64,000 bases of DNA, from assembly GCA_010093705.1 (NCBI GenBank), contig MU006093.1, forward strand, positions 1,013,301-1,077,300, read 5' to 3'. Shown in pieces: positions 40,252 to 53,655 of the stretch (position 1 is its first letter; each line of letters begins with the position of its first letter). The translations under genes were made by a program, and so were the position numbers. The notes under the pieces were generated by a model that saw nothing but the letters and a program-made list of their open reading frames with translations, was not told the origin of the DNA and searched no databases. Source of the DNA: Patellaria atrata CBS 101060. Lineage: Eukaryota.

Positions 40252-41353
40252 ATGGCATATCCAGACACCATAACAGAAATTTTTACAATACTAGGAGCGC
40301 CGGCTAGATTATACGGGAGGCTACCTTTCGCTACGCGATATCTCTGGTTCGGCTTCTGGGGGCCGGTGGTGAATGCTGACTACGCACGATCACGGTACGG
40401 GGGGAGCTGGCATTGGCGCCCATGGTTGTTCTTTGACATGCAAGAGCTGGAATCCCTCGAGGACTTGATCAATGCTGGCACTGACGAGCAGATTCTTTGG
40501 TACAGAAAGAACCAACTCGAGGCTTTCCAGATGGTTTCAATCGTGGTAAGTAACCGAAGAGAGTCTCTCAACGAACCTTGACGAAGCTCACCCTTTGCCC
40601 ATATAGGGTGCTTTAGTCGCCGGTGCTGCCTTGACTACTCAGCAATTGCCGGGAATAGACCAAGTCTCCTATGTTGCTAGAGCCTTCTTCATCTCAACCC
40701 TGCTTCTGTCCCTTCTCGCTACTTTCTTTACCGTTCTTCAACAGCGGACATATGGGTTTTTGGAAGAACCAGCCGCTATAAGAGCTTGGCTCACAAACGG
40801 CGTGGTTCTGACCGATTCCGAGGGGCGTCAAAGGTTTCAAAGCTCAATCATCAGTCTACAGCTTCTACAGGTCCCCTTTGAGCTACTATGTACTTCTATC
40901 ACTAGTATCCTCGTGGGAATTGGCATTTACCTTGGAAGCTCGCTATCTCGAAACTTGAACTTGGGCAGCGAGGACGCATCGTTTGGGAATCGTTCCGTGC
41001 TGATAGCTATCCTCGTCGTCAGCTTTTTTATTCTGGCACTTTTGGGACAACTCCTGGGTGGGAGAGACTTTGAGAATCGTCGCTGCAGGAACTTGACCGA
41101 GAGTTTCAGAGTTCTTCCTATGAACCTGGATTCAGGTGAGAAGACGAGGAACTGTAAAGAACATGCGGGACCGTTGTCTTCTTCCGTCAAGGGAAGATTG
41201 CCTCGGGGTTCAACGCTTTCTACCATATCTTCAGGGGAGACTAAGGATCCGGGTCTCATAAAGGCGCTTCATGTAGCGGTAGAGGCTCATCGCGCCTGCG
41301 CAGCTGCGGACGCTGAAGTAGCGCGCTGGTATGAGAAGATGTTCACACATTAG
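40252..41353 (+). CDS. Hypothetical multi-pass membrane protein; intron 40546-40606
   Basis: A GTAAGT..ATATAG intron joins VSIV|GALVAGA in frame. About four hydrophobic segments are present. Confidence 0.75.
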
Positions 41354-41671
41354 ATATCCCCTTCAAGTCTCAAGTCTTATTTGATCCTTATGTGCTCGTA
41401 TAATATCAGTGAAGTCCGAAGCAATAGTAAGACGCACGATGAACTTGTTAGCTTTATACACCCCCAAAGGTTAATAATATGCCTGGCTGTACTAACACAA
41501 ACCCAGAAGCCACAAATGGTCAACTAAACTAACCCTTTCCTTCCATGCGATCCCTACGCCGTAAAAGCACCACCCTAGAGGCCCTCCTACCCCAAATCCC
41601 AGTCCACACCATACGTAAAGGAGAAGTCCATGCACCAAAAACGGTCAATAAGCCTATTTCCCTAGTAAAAG

Positions 41672-44600
41672 CTATCTCTCCCAACCCCCATGTAGCGGAG
41701 GCAACAACCCGTGCCCACCCATAATTCCACCACTCATACTTCGATTATCTCCCGCGAGCAATTTGTTCACCTGTTCGACTGCAGTCTTTGCCCTCTCACG
41801 GACATCGAGTTCCTGGTCGTCCACACAGCTTTTGACCGCGTCAATGACGCCTAGTTGCTTGAGCTCCTGTGCACGGTCCCTTGCGCTAGGCCTGTCATCA
41901 TCGTCATCTATCCAGGTTAAGTTGCACACGAGCCATACGCAGGCGACGCGGATGCGCGGCGATGAATGCGAATAAAGAGGTATCAGAGATGTTAGAAGGG
42001 ATGTTTGGGATAGGAGTAGAGATCGGTGTTTGGGGGTCCCAGCGGCGATATGTACGAGGATGAACAGTGTTGCCTCGATGATCTCAGGGGGACAGATATG
42101 TTGGTGTGTTTGGTTAAGAAGGGACTTGGTTTGATCAGAATATGCGGAAGTAGAGGTTGTCGTAAGCGTTGGACGTTTGCCATGCGGCGTCTGATGGGCG
42201 GCGGGCGATGCTTTAACTTTTAGTTTTGAGGCGAGTACATCGAAGAATCGGGCAGTGCCGAGCGTGTTCAGGATGTGATCAATCATCTCATTTGATCCAG
42301 AGCCGGGGTCAGTGACTAGGTTGCGCACGTAATGGAGTGCTTGTTCCTGGATTCTGACATCGTCCCGTTGACTCCGTAGCAGTAGGTTCTGCTCCTGTTC
42401 TTTAATCGCCTTCAGACGGGCGGAGTTCTGCGCAGATATTGCTTGCCTGGACGGTCTCCGTTGGGCCATGTGCAAAGAGCCGACTGTGTCGCTCATAATG
42501 TCATCGTCGTCCACATCAGTATCGGCAGAGTTATCATCGATATCCATCGCAGGATCGTCTATAGCGTTGAGTAGGTCGACTTGCTCACCAGCGGCGTTAG
42601 CTGTACCCATCCCTATGGGCGTTGAGACTTGAGCACGAGGGTCACCGGTCATCGTATTAATCAACCAACCGGGTCCCAACTCCTCGAGGCATCTGATTTT
42701 GATATCATTCGGAGCAGACTGTACTAGATGTTTTAGCGCCCACATTGATAAAAATCGCAGTTCAGAGTTAGCAGAATGAGCGTGTTCACACAGCGTGATC
42801 AATGCACCGGCTTCTATAATATCCTGTAGCGCCTCATTAGTGTTGAGAATTTCGACGGATTTATTCGACGGATTTATTCGACGTACCTCTCTCATCGGAC
42901 TGAAGTTCAGTAGTAAGTTACATAGAACATCGGTAGCTGCAAGCTTAACACCCATTTCCCTCTTTTTGATAAGCGTAAATATGGGCCTTGCGACACCATA
43001 ATCTATTAGACTAGTCCGTAGGATACTGACAGATCTTGACATCGCTCTCGCTGCAAAACAAGCGGCCACTAGGACTGTGTGCGGATTACCGTCCTTGACA
43101 CCGTTTGAGATAGGAGAACCTTCGTCTACATGACGACCTTCGGGGTACGAGATCAAAGAGTCTGTAATGCACGCCACAGCTCCGTTTTCAATGATTGTTT
43201 TCCTATATGAATCTTCTTTGTACGCCATTGCGGACAAACCTAACAGCGCACTCGCTCGGCACTTCAGAGCGTGTACAACATCCGGTGCTACACTCGGAAG
43301 TCCTAACTTTGCGCTCGGATCGTTCACATAATTCGACGTGAACGAACTCGGATCCGGGGTCCATATTGGCTTGTGTGCATTCGGTACGGGATCAAATGAC
43401 TTCTTTAATAGGGAGCATAGCTTAGGGATAACGTGGGCGTCGTGTGCTGCTTTTTGTAGAGAAGTGTTTACTTCTATCAAATCCGCAAGTACATGAGGAG
43501 CTCGTTCTTTTGTCCTTTGAGCATGAAGACGCTGCTCTGGCTGAATTAGAGAGTTTGGGTTGGTGGAGAGTGAATCTTCAATGATTCGAACAACAAGAGG
43601 GACGATCAAGAAGGCTAAGGATCGATCTCTGGCTTTACTTGACGTACCAAGCCAATCCTCAAACGACGTCCGCTCAAGCCGTATTAGCAACGTCAAGAGC
43701 CTCGTAGCTGTCAATCGTTCTATTCCTTGCGAGGTCCTGGCAATCCACATAAGCCACATGAGTAAGGGATTATCTAATTGATCGACGGAAGATGAACGAG
43801 GAGATGGCAAAACAGTGGTGTCAGAGTAGCTAGACAGACGAGACACATCTCCACCAGCAACAAAGGAACCTAATGCCGGAAATGCTTTGGAAAAGTTTGA
43901 TTCACTCTTATTGTGGTTTGATTGAAGATGTGGTAATAACCTATCCATTGCACTCGAATCCATCTGTGCTGACGGTTGGAGGCGATTCTCCGCATATGCG
44001 GAATAATTGTCTAATCCTCCCCCTGAGCGCGATGTCGGGAAGATAGCAACAATCGCTGGAGAGTAGAAGAACCGAGCAGTTCTATAGTCCGAGTCTTGGA
44101 TGATCGACCCTATAGATTCCATAATGTCTGATAGATATGACTTCGGTAGTACGGGTGGAAGTGATGCTATTGATGAAGTAAATGAATTAGTAGTTCCAAG
44201 ACTCAAAGATACCTTGATAGCTGCGAGTCTAGAGGCTAAGAGCTCGATAATCCCAGCTTTCGCAAGGGCAACGCGGTGATACTCTTCAAGGCAAATTTTA
44301 GGGATGAGTTGGGTCAGAAGCCCTATTTGCTGATCTGTTGTAGAATTCGACGTTCTCTGAGCTAATATTTCGGCCATATAATCCAAAATAGACTTTATGA
44401 AAAGATTATCGGGAAGAACCGTCGACGCAGAAGAGTTGGAATTGATATAGCGGGGGTCCTCCAGGGAAATAGTGTCCGCTATCACATTCAGGACGCTCAA
44501 TGTGACGTTAATCAATCGCGGTGGCGTTTTGATAGGGGACAATGTTGATAGTAGAGGTGGTAGAAGTCCCCCAGCGAGAAGAGGAGCGACAAAAGCCGGT

Positions 44601-44979
44601 CCACCTTATCCTCGTCAGCTCCTGGCCTCGGGCGCAGTGGGTGTATTCTCGAGATATCTCCTCACTCACCAGATGCAAGGCTTCCTACGATGAAAGTAGC
44701 CTGCAGACGCATTTCATCCTCCTCTGTCCAAGCCAAATCATCCTCGGAACCTGGCACAGCACCATCTAAGTCTCTGCTCTTCTTTTTGCCACTTGCTTTT
44801 GAAGAAGCCCCTAGTATGCAGGCAAGCTGTCTCACTATGCCCTGGCGTATTACAAGCTCTTTACGTTGGTCATGCCCAATGATCTCGTTCTTGAGCCGTC
44901 GAAGTGCGGCGACTTGTGCGGAAGTGGAGGAAGCGTTATTCAACTCCTCGAGCGCGGGCAGAGCGGAGGGGCGGGCCAT
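41672..44979 (-). CDS. VID28: Armadillo-repeat protein ARMC8/Vid28 (Gid5) of the GID/CTLH ubiquitin ligase; introns 44605-44669, 42824-42886
   Basis: ALRRLKNEIIGHDQRKE, RAMSRSVSILRTSLID, LCNLLLNFSPMRE, WALKHLV, IQEQAL..VRNL and DVRERAKTA match ARMC8-family motifs. Confidence 0.88.
42851..42883. repeat. 2.5 copies of the 13-mer TTCGACGGATTTA inside the second ARMC8 intron
   Basis: The sequence ttcgacggattta ttcgacggattta ttcgacg is read directly. Confidence 0.85.
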
Positions 44980-45436
44980 ATTTGACCGGTTGAAAGTCCT
45001 ATATTATGCGATTACTACTGTGCAGCATAGGTTAGTTAAATATATGCCCCGGGTGACGCTGGAGAAATTGCTTCCTATCTGGTAATGCGTGAAGGTAGAA
45101 CGGTATACGGCATCACTGGTGCATCACCACATGGCCAGTCGCGATTACCTAAGAATGAAGAAAGAACGGTATGAACCTGCTTGACAGACCGTTCGCCCTG
45201 CTTCCGCTAGGTATCATTAAGGTCAGTGGGTGGTATTAACAAAGGAAGGTTGTTGTAAAATTTCTTTTACTGTAATTCTCATTCAAAAGGCTCGGAGTGA
45301 AGGTTGGATTCCTTTGGTCCTACATTGGCAATCCCAGATCATCTATCACTTATCATTTACTTTCAGTCAGTATACTCTTCACAACTAATACTACGCAATG
45401 ACTATCACTACCAAAAGTCTTATAAAATTAAGATGT

Positions 45437-46390
45437 CTACCTAGGCCTTATTATCGCATCCTTGAGTTTCCACGCGAACGGCGACATTGGCCCCTCTCCA
45501 TACGATACCGTCCCAGTCCAGGGATTCCTTTTGATATACAGGTCGAACTTCTTGAGTCCCCTTATATCCTTCAAAGATTGCAATAACAACTCTTCTTCTT
45601 CCCAGCTCAAGCTCCTGCTTGGGCTTTGCAGATTATTCTCCAAATTGACCTCTAGATTCTTTAGCTTCGGCATCTGGTTTGTCACGATATCCCACATTGG
45701 ATCCCACCATACCGGAAGTACAGCAGACTCCGGGAAGCCGTCTACTATCCCATCCTCTCCTTCGCGCCTTCGTGGCGCCTCCGGTGATAACCAGGTGATT
45801 CGCATAGAAGTAATGCAGGATAACCTCTGCGGAAGAACGGTACTGGAGAATTGCATAAATAGGGACGGTTGGAAGAAGTCGAACGTCTGCAACGAGTACA
45901 ACAGATCGATCCCTTCCATGTATGCCTGTTTGCACGTAAAGAGTAGGTCGAAGTCTATCTTTGACGCATCACCAGGTTCCGGAGGTTCCCATAATCTATA
46001 TGTTGGATCCATGTTGTTCGTACACATACATGACTTTTCGTTCTGATAACTTATTGACGGTGTACACCGTACGTGACATATTCTGCCCGGAATCCATATG
46101 AGGTGAATAATGTTCGAACCAAATACATCAGCATATATCTGATGGCGTAGCTCGGCTGGTAACTTCATAAAGAAAATTGAGGTATTCTGAACGTAGACGG
46201 ATGCATCTGTCGATAATGTCCGTCGGTTTGAGGATAATGGTTGGGTATATTTGATCTCTTGCGACTTTGATTTCCGGATGTCTTCACTCTCAAGTGGTTG
46301 TATGCTCCGAGTCTCACTGTTGGTCCGGAGCCAACGATCAAGCAAGGTTCGAGGTAAGGAAAAGAATCGACTGATCTTATCTTCTCGCAT
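45437..46390 (-). CDS. Fungal F-box-like (DUF7730-type) hypothetical protein
   Basis: FFMKLPAELRHQIYADVFG and LLFTCKQAYMEGIDLLYSLQTFDF are characteristic of this lineage-expanded family. Confidence 0.75.
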   Translation of the reverse strand: MREDKISRFFSLPRTLLDRWLRTNSETRSIQPLESEDIRKSKSQEIKYTQPLSSNRRTLSTDASVYVQNTSIFFMKLPAELRHQIYADVFGSNIIHLIWIPGRICHVRCTPSISYQNEKSCMCTNNMDPTYRLWEPPEPGDASKIDFDLLFTCKQAYMEGIDLLYSLQTFDFFQPSLFMQFSSTVLPQRLSCITSMRITWLSPEAPRRREGEDGIVDGFPESAVLPVWWDPMWDIVTNQMPKLKNLEVNLENNLQSPSRSLSWEEEELLLQSLKDIRGLKKFDLYIKRNPWTGTVSYGEGPMSPFAWKLKDAIIRPR

Positions 46391-47143
46391 TGCTCATTCA
46401 CTAAATGCTGGATGTGTGTCTTGATACGGGGAGAAGATTATAATCTGCTCATTGTATTTGCGGTGTAAGCTTGGGGAAAGCACTGACGCCGTTCTACTGT
46501 AATAAAGAAGTGAAGCCGATGGAAGTGTCACAACTTGTCGGTGCTCTTGTTCTAGCTTTTTATTATCATCGCAATTGCTTATATTTAAAGTATAACTTCG
46601 CTTGACATAACTTGATATGCAGCATTCCTCTAGTCTAGTATATAAGATCACTAGTTCTACAAGACTAGGATTTTTAATTACATGACCGAGTACCATATTT
46701 TGTACCCATTTCCTCAGACATAAAGGGAATAATAACCCTGGTAGGAAAGCGGCCGACACGTGGGAGATCAAACCAACAGCGGCAATGTACAACATAATTC
46801 GTTCCAAACAGTTTTGGCTGGGACAGTGGGTTTGGGGGGTAAGCATAAAGCAAAGCAAGCCTCCCTGGCTGCCTTGCTTATATTTACTCAAATGAAGCAT
46901 TGGTAATACCATAGCTAAAAGCATCCAAAGTGTCATTATCGTTATGGTCCTCTAAATCTTCTCAGTAATGGATAATTAGCCCACACTGACCAGTGCTAAG
47001 AGCAAGATTCGTTTCGGATACCTTCATTGTTCGCCCTGGCATCTGTAGGTGCTCAGATGATACTAAAATGCTCTGTAACTCTAACCGCAGAATAGGTGGG
47101 AGAATCAGCTGGCCTCGACTACTAGAGAGCTTTTCTCACCGCA

Positions 47144-48448
47144 ATGCACCCCTTTAGACCGCCTATTTCGAATATATGGGGAGGTAGAGGAACTAAGCAC
47201 GTTGACTTCGGTCCTGATGAGGTGATACCTCTCCAGAAAGGACGGTTCCTAGGCCATGGCGTTAACGGAGGAGTCTATGAAACTTACCACAACGGAATCG
47301 CTCTTGCTTGGAAGACAAAGTACTGCAGGACAAGTTCAGCTGCGGTAAATGCACAAAAAGAGATCCAAGTACTCAAAAAGCTAAAACACCATCATATTGT
47401 CAGTTTAGTCGGCACATATACCCATCGACAATTCCTTGGTTTACTACTATGGCCGGTAGCTGCTTGTGACCTCGGCGTTTTGCTTGAGGATATAGACAAA
47501 GTATTGGACCCAATGTATTTTCAACGACGACCTGATACCTTAGAAAACGAAAGGCGAGACAGAATCAGAGACCTCGGTTTCTCTGTGTTGGGTCTCTCTC
47601 TGACGTCGAATAAGGAGGATCTAAGGAAACGTATGCTTCGGAGTTTTGGGTGTCTTACGAGCGCAATTGCCTATTTGCATAAAGAACGTATAAGACATAA
47701 AGATCTAAAGCCTTCAAATGTCCTGTTTTCCGAAACCGGGGTATGGATAACGGACTTCGATGTCTCAACTGATTTCTCTATCTTGAGTGTTAGCGCTACG
47801 GAGAATGGAGAGAGAGGGACAGCCAAATACTTTGCTCCTGAGGTTGCAGCATATGAACCTAGCGGGCGTTCCGCCGATGTCTTCTCTTTGGGTTGTATGT
47901 TCTTAGAGATGACGGTAGCACTATCATTTAGTTGTTCCCTGGAGGACCTGATACAGCTTCGTCCGAAGCGCGACCGTTCTTATCAAGCAAATATCGATAG
48001 GCTCGAAGCTTGGCTAGAGCTGGGTGATCAATTGTTTCCTGGAGAGCCGCGTCTATCCAGAGAGATAATGCGAATGCTAGATATTGATCCGACAAAGCGT
48101 CCGACCGCAGACGAAGTACTTGACCACCTCATAGAGATCGGCCTTCTACTAACAATCGATCGTGATCCATCTACCTTATGCGGACCTTGCTGCGTCAAGC
48201 CCGCATTCTCATCTCTGTCAAAAGAGAACAGTCTAAAAGAGATTTTCGCAAATCAACAGAAACAGAGGGTTACTACGGCACCAACGCGAGAAAACCAGCT
48301 ATCTAATTCTAAAGAAATGAAGGAGAAGGTTGTGGTGGAAACATACCCAATTCTAGACGACGTGCAATCGCGCATATCGCGCATGCAAAAGGAAAAGCAA
48401 TTCGCCGTTGCAGTACGACACTCAGCCAGCGTGGGGCCTGTCATATAA
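47144..48448 (+). CDS. Ser/Thr protein kinase of an expanded fungal family; the N-terminus may be degenerate
   Basis: LGHGVNGGV Gly loop, AWK lysine, alphaC Glu (KEIQVL), HKDLKPSN, DFD in place of DFG, GTAKYFAPE, ADVFSLGC and DPTKRPTA. Confidence 0.85.
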   Translation: MHPFRPPISNIWGGRGTKHVDFGPDEVIPLQKGRFLGHGVNGGVYETYHNGIALAWKTKYCRTSSAAVNAQKEIQVLKKLKHHHIVSLVGTYTHRQFLGLLLWPVAACDLGVLLEDIDKVLDPMYFQRRPDTLENERRDRIRDLGFSVLGLSLTSNKEDLRKRMLRSFGCLTSAIAYLHKERIRHKDLKPSNVLFSETGVWITDFDVSTDFSILSVSATENGERGTAKYFAPEVAAYEPSGRSADVFSLGCMFLEMTVALSFSCSLEDLIQLRPKRDRSYQANIDRLEAWLELGDQLFPGEPRLSREIMRMLDIDPTKRPTADEVLDHLIEIGLLLTIDRDPSTLCGPCCVKPAFSSLSKENSLKEIFANQQKQRVTTAPTRENQLSNSKEMKEKVVVETYPILDDVQSRISRMQKEKQFAVAVRHSASVGPVI

Positions 48449-49589
48449 ACACTCAGGGAGAATGGATCAAAACATCGGATTGTGTGCAGATTGCTAGACT
48501 CGAAAGGATTCCAGGCCTGAGTGGGAACCGGGACTGACTTGCGATCTGAAAACGGGTTTGATGTTGTCAATGCAACTGCTCGTCGACTCTTCCCCCTGAA
48601 AGATCTAATTATCAAATTCAGTGGTAATTCATTCAGATGATGAGGAGATGGGAAGATCTGCACGAGTCTTTCACACCCACCGTTCGACCTATACCGCAAG
48701 ATACGACACAAAAGGGCAACTGCATGACACTTCTGCACTTCATCCCGAGGAGCGCAGCTAACGAAGAAGAAACAAAGGCCAGCCTAGACTAAATTCTATC
48801 GTGCATTTCAGCCCGCATTTCTGAATGCACTGCGGGTGTACCCGACCGTGCCGGTAGAAAGCCGAAGGCATCTCTAGCGTCCGGATAGCCCCATATTTAT
48901 GCTCATCGTGCTTGCCGTGAGGGGAGGCATTTATACGGCATTGGAAGATTCTGGGACCGATACCCATGCCCAATTGATTATCTAGACATCCCTTAGCATG
49001 GCTATCATTGCTTACTCTGTACTTGCGTTAAAAGCTGCTTTGACGTGATAGTACATGATATGGAGATTCTCGGAATGCTCGAAGTTGATATGGTACCGCT
49101 AAATGTACGGAGTATCGCGAGTGTACACCCCTTCGGTAATGTCCAGTCTGCGCCTGTTAATGGTGGAGGGAAAATGGAGATTGATTCCTAGTTAACTGAC
49201 GATTACTCTCCGCTTGATAAAGATGGACCTGTGTATTCCCGATTTGGATGTTTGCGGAAGTTCTATAGTTTGCATAGCTCAGGCGTTCGTACGGTTGTAA
49301 GTCATTTGGACGGTTCACCCTATTTGTATGGTGCGGTCGGAGACGCTTTACACCTTTGCTGCACAGTCTGCCCAGGGGGCGCAACGGATAGGAAAAGCCT
49401 ACAAGAAAAGTCTATTTTACAATAGCTGCGTAAAAGTAATATATGAGAAAATGAATTAGGGTATCGAACAAGCACTTCCCTGAAGCAGAACCAAGCCTCC
49501 GTAGACAGTTGCGATTGCACACATTTTTTTTAACGCCAATAATATACCACACCATTCCCCCATGCGTTTTCTTATATGTGTTTGAAACT

Positions 49590-52413
49590 CTACAAGACCG
49601 CATCCAACACCTTCTCCCTCATCTTAAGAACCTCCTCTTCCATCTTCCTCAACTCTTGCTTCGCCCTCTCATACTTCTCCCTCCAATCCCCCTTATCCTC
49701 ATTCTTCATCTTCTCCCCACTCACCTCCACCCCATCCGTAACAACAATCCCCCTGACCACAAACTCCCCCGCGACACTCCCACACAACAACCCCCAGCTG
49801 ACGTCAAAGCTCTCTTTCACCTCCCCTTCCGGGATCTCCTCATCCTCATCGATCGGGCTCTCATACCCATCCCCGGAGACCCTGAACCGGCGGCAGACCA
49901 CTTTTTTCATTCCGCCCACGGGACCTCCGTTGCCGAGTCCGACTTGCTGACCTAGACCGAGCCAGCTCGCGTTGGAGATTCTCTTTGAGTCTTCGCTGAT
50001 TTGGTCACTAGCTTCATTTTGCGCGGAGGGGCGTAGCTGCCGAAGAACTGCGTCGGCGAGCCCCTTGGCTTCGGAACCGCGTAGCCGCTTGCGACCTACG
50101 ATATCGGCGCGTAGGAGGTCGGCTGCGAGAGCGCGCTTGAGCGACTCATGTGAGACATGCGGCAGCGATAGAGTAGTTTGATCCTTTCCCGATGCATTCG
50201 CGGAACCATGTGATTGAGGAACATGCGGCGGATTTGAGGGGAACGTAGAAACCGGTGTCTGCTGCTGTAACCGCCGAGGCTGTGGTTTAGGAAGGATAGG
50301 CGGAAACCCGTCATGCTCTGCATCTGAGTCTTCAAAGAAGTTTGGGCTACTGCGGCGAGAGGCACCGGAATCGAAGGCCGAGGGAGCCAATTGCCCTGAT
50401 TGAGGATTGGTCTCACCATTAACAAGGACTGTGGGCGTGATAAGGTGAACCGGGCCACCAACATGCTGGGGGACCTGGAGCTGCAGCCCTGGACGACCAG
50501 ATGGAGGATTTGTGGGTGTCTGAGAGGTAGCAGACTGCGGGACTGCTGACTGCGATTGTGAGGCCGGAGGTGGGGGTGGTTCAGGTGGGAAACGAAATAT
50601 CTGATTCTCCTGTGGAGCGAGGCTAGATTCGGATTGAGCGCGAATGTGTGATGGCGTTGGAGTCGGAGTAGTCTTTCCGAGATCGATGGTTGGTCCTTCT
50701 TTCGTTTTCGGGTTTGCCGGAAACGTCACATACGGTCCGTCCCGAACCGAGCGATTGCTCGGAGGACGACCACGAAGTTTTCCATTGGTTGTGCTACTGT
50801 TACTAGGCCATGCGGATGATACTGCAGGTCCATGACGACGTCTTGAGCGAACCTTGGAAGCACCGGGTGTTATCGCCGATTGCGGCTCATCAAATGCAGA
50901 ATCCGCATGGTGCCCACTAATTGGTGTCACAGCAGAAAGAGGGTGCGGAGTTGATGGAAGATCATGGCTAGCCAAACGCCATCGGATATGTTGGCCAGCA
51001 TTTACAGCCGAGTGCGGTGCTAATCCTTTGTTCGGAGCCGTATTCGGTCCCATGTTGGCCGCAGCAGCCCAGGGATCGTGGGAGACGAAGTCATCGGGAT
51101 GCGCGCTCATCGGGTACGCACTACCTGGATATGCAGACTGCGGGTGATCAATATGTCCCGAGTTACTAAATGCTAATGCAGTATCGAGGTGCGGTCGCTT
51201 CGGGTCCGGGGTCACTGCTCTGTCGAACTCATCATCTTCTTCGGCCTTTCGACGGCCACGCTTCGGGCGGAACCTTGGGTCTAAGGCACGTATTGCCAGA
51301 TCTTCCTCGAGAGATACACCATCGCGACCATTCTCAGGATACGGCGCATGAAGCGGAGGTATTTGTAGGTAATATTGATGTTGCTTGCCTAGCAGGAACT
51401 CAAAGAAAGCATCAATGTGCATAGCACGCATCCAACGCTGTTGAAATCAGTATTATAATTTCATTCGCTAATCGTCTAGAAGATGTATTCGAATGGATAG
51501 AAGGGGTTGAAATAATCAGAAAACCCGTCACGCTCTTTAGAATACCCTAAGATTCATGCTTAATTTTACTGTGCAAAAGAGAGTAATTATAATCTTGCAA
51601 AACTGCACACTCGAAGCATACAGAAGACTTCATTCCCAAGCAGACTGAGGGGAAAAGGATAAGGTTCATCAACATGTAAGCTTGAGCGAAGCTTAGAAGC
51701 CTTAGAATAAATGAACAGAGATGTACATAAGAACAAGTCTAGCTTACCTTCAGACGAACAGAGTACTGTTGAACTTTCTGCGTACTCTGCCCTTTATCCG
51801 TCGCGGGTGGCTCAACCCCCAGATCTAATGCCAACTGTGTCCATGTCTTAATCTCCTTTTGATCGAGTTTCCGTATCAGCTCAAACAGATGCCATGTACT
51901 AAAGCTCTTGCCATCGCTCTTTGGAGGTGTTCGAAAATTCTTTATCAGCTCTGTCGAATCAGTATCGGCTGCCAGAGTTGGATTGCAATACAGAATGAAT
52001 GTGGAATAAGCATCGTCAAGGGTATTATCGGATACATCTCGAGATGGAAGGTTACGATCAGACGGTACGAAACTAGTCAGAACTTGTTTCTGTTGGTTTG
52101 GAGAGACACCAGAAAACCGAGGTGATGCGTTATGGGAGGGTGTGGAAGGGGTTATAGAACTACGAATATCGCCATAATATGGATGAGGCACATGCTGGGG
52201 ATTGATGGTGCTGTTCTCATGGTGCATATGCGGTGAGCCGGAAGGGTGTACAGATAGCTGGCCGCGTCCATTCTGCGATGGCGCTTCAAGATTCGGATCT
52301 ATCGCGGGCATCGCTGGATGTCGAAAAGGTGAGAATACAGGACTACCGGAGCCTTGATTGTGATTAAAATGATGATGGCCATGCGGCCCTAAGTCGCCAG
52401 GGCCGAAGTCCAT
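49590..52413 (-). CDS. abp2: ARS-binding protein 2 (Abp2) family DNA-binding protein; intron 51438-51747
   Basis: DDAYSTFILYCNP, PPKSDGKSFSTWHLFELI, QKVQQYSVRLK|RWMRAMHIDAFFEFL and AT-hook-like KRGRRK and RGRP motifs. Confidence 0.88.
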
Positions 52414-53655
52414 AGCTGTATTTGATGTAGTCCCGCTACTGTTATTGCCCGAGGATCCTCGACCAGCGATCTTAAGTACGATACATGAACATATCCAACA
52501 TGACGGAGTCTATCGACTTTTCTTCGTCCAATATCTGCTTCCGCAACGTGGTAATTCCCTTAAGTTATTCTTAGGGTCAGTCGCACAAGAGAGTCGGGGG
52601 GCTGTGCGATGATCGATGAAGGGCAGCTTATCGCGCAGAGCGCGTGCTGCGCGAGAGGCCTCTGGTTGAGGCGGAAACCAGCAGTGGAGTGTGTTTGTAT
52701 CAATATAGTGAATGTACTGATCACCCAGCTTGAGCTTGCGGTTGAAGCCCGGACTATTTGGTGCGTTTTATGGTCGTAAAAAGGTAAGGTGTTAATCCGA
52801 CAGTCCTTGGTCGTTGCTTGTTGAGGAATTTTGATGGTTAAGGTGCCCTTTACGGCTTGAGAAATGGTCATTAATTAGGGCCAACTTGGGGCCAAGGGGG
52901 CTATTTGGGTAAATACGGACTGATAAAAGTGACCAGCGCCTTCATTGGTGGGACTGGATCTCAGCATCGCATTCGATAATTTTCTCCTAACCTATATTTT
53001 ACTGTACTACTATACTGTAAAAGGTAAGCAATTCGTTTCAGATTGATTGTTATCAGTTGGTGGGATTTAGCAGAGTTTGCAGAAAGTACAGCATGAGTAA
53101 TTTCGTTATTATACACAACAAACGGAACAAATGAAGTAACTAGTTAAGCAATTAGACTGGATACTCCCGATGTCCGGAAGTCCTTCATGATATCTATGTT
53201 AAACAAGTTTAACCTAACTTACTAGTACGGGTTAGTGTTTCATTTTAGAAGGGTTTGGTATTTTCCTGCTTGACTGTAGGTTCAAGTCAAGTATCAAGAT
53301 ATCATACATTATCGAATTGAATTTACAGAGATGTAAGCCGGAAACAAAGATGGTAAGAAGCTGATGACATCCACTGGTTTTGTAGAATGAGCCAACAGAT
53401 ATCATATCCATTCCACTGCAATAGAAAGAACGGATAAGCCACTCCGGACGTAATAAACTAGAAGAAAACCGAATGTGCAACCAACTCCATCAGTGAAGAT
53501 TCATAACGCGGACGCTCCTATCCGTCATCAAATGTAAATATAAAAGATAAGGCAGTCTTTCCCACATGACCAGTGTGCGGTAAGGGAATCCGACTGGAGA
53601 AGGTCTTTGAAAATGTTGTACAACTGGCCATTTCGAGCTCCTATAATTCGAAGCT

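Noticed and set aside
46394..46936. 180-aa minus-strand ORF just upstream of the F-box-like gene
   Set aside because: It has no family features and an AT-rich, random-looking composition. I cannot support it without expression data.
53533..53540. Perfect Puf3 element TGTAAATA near the small TM gene 3' end
   Set aside because: It lies on the strand antisense to that gene's mRNA.
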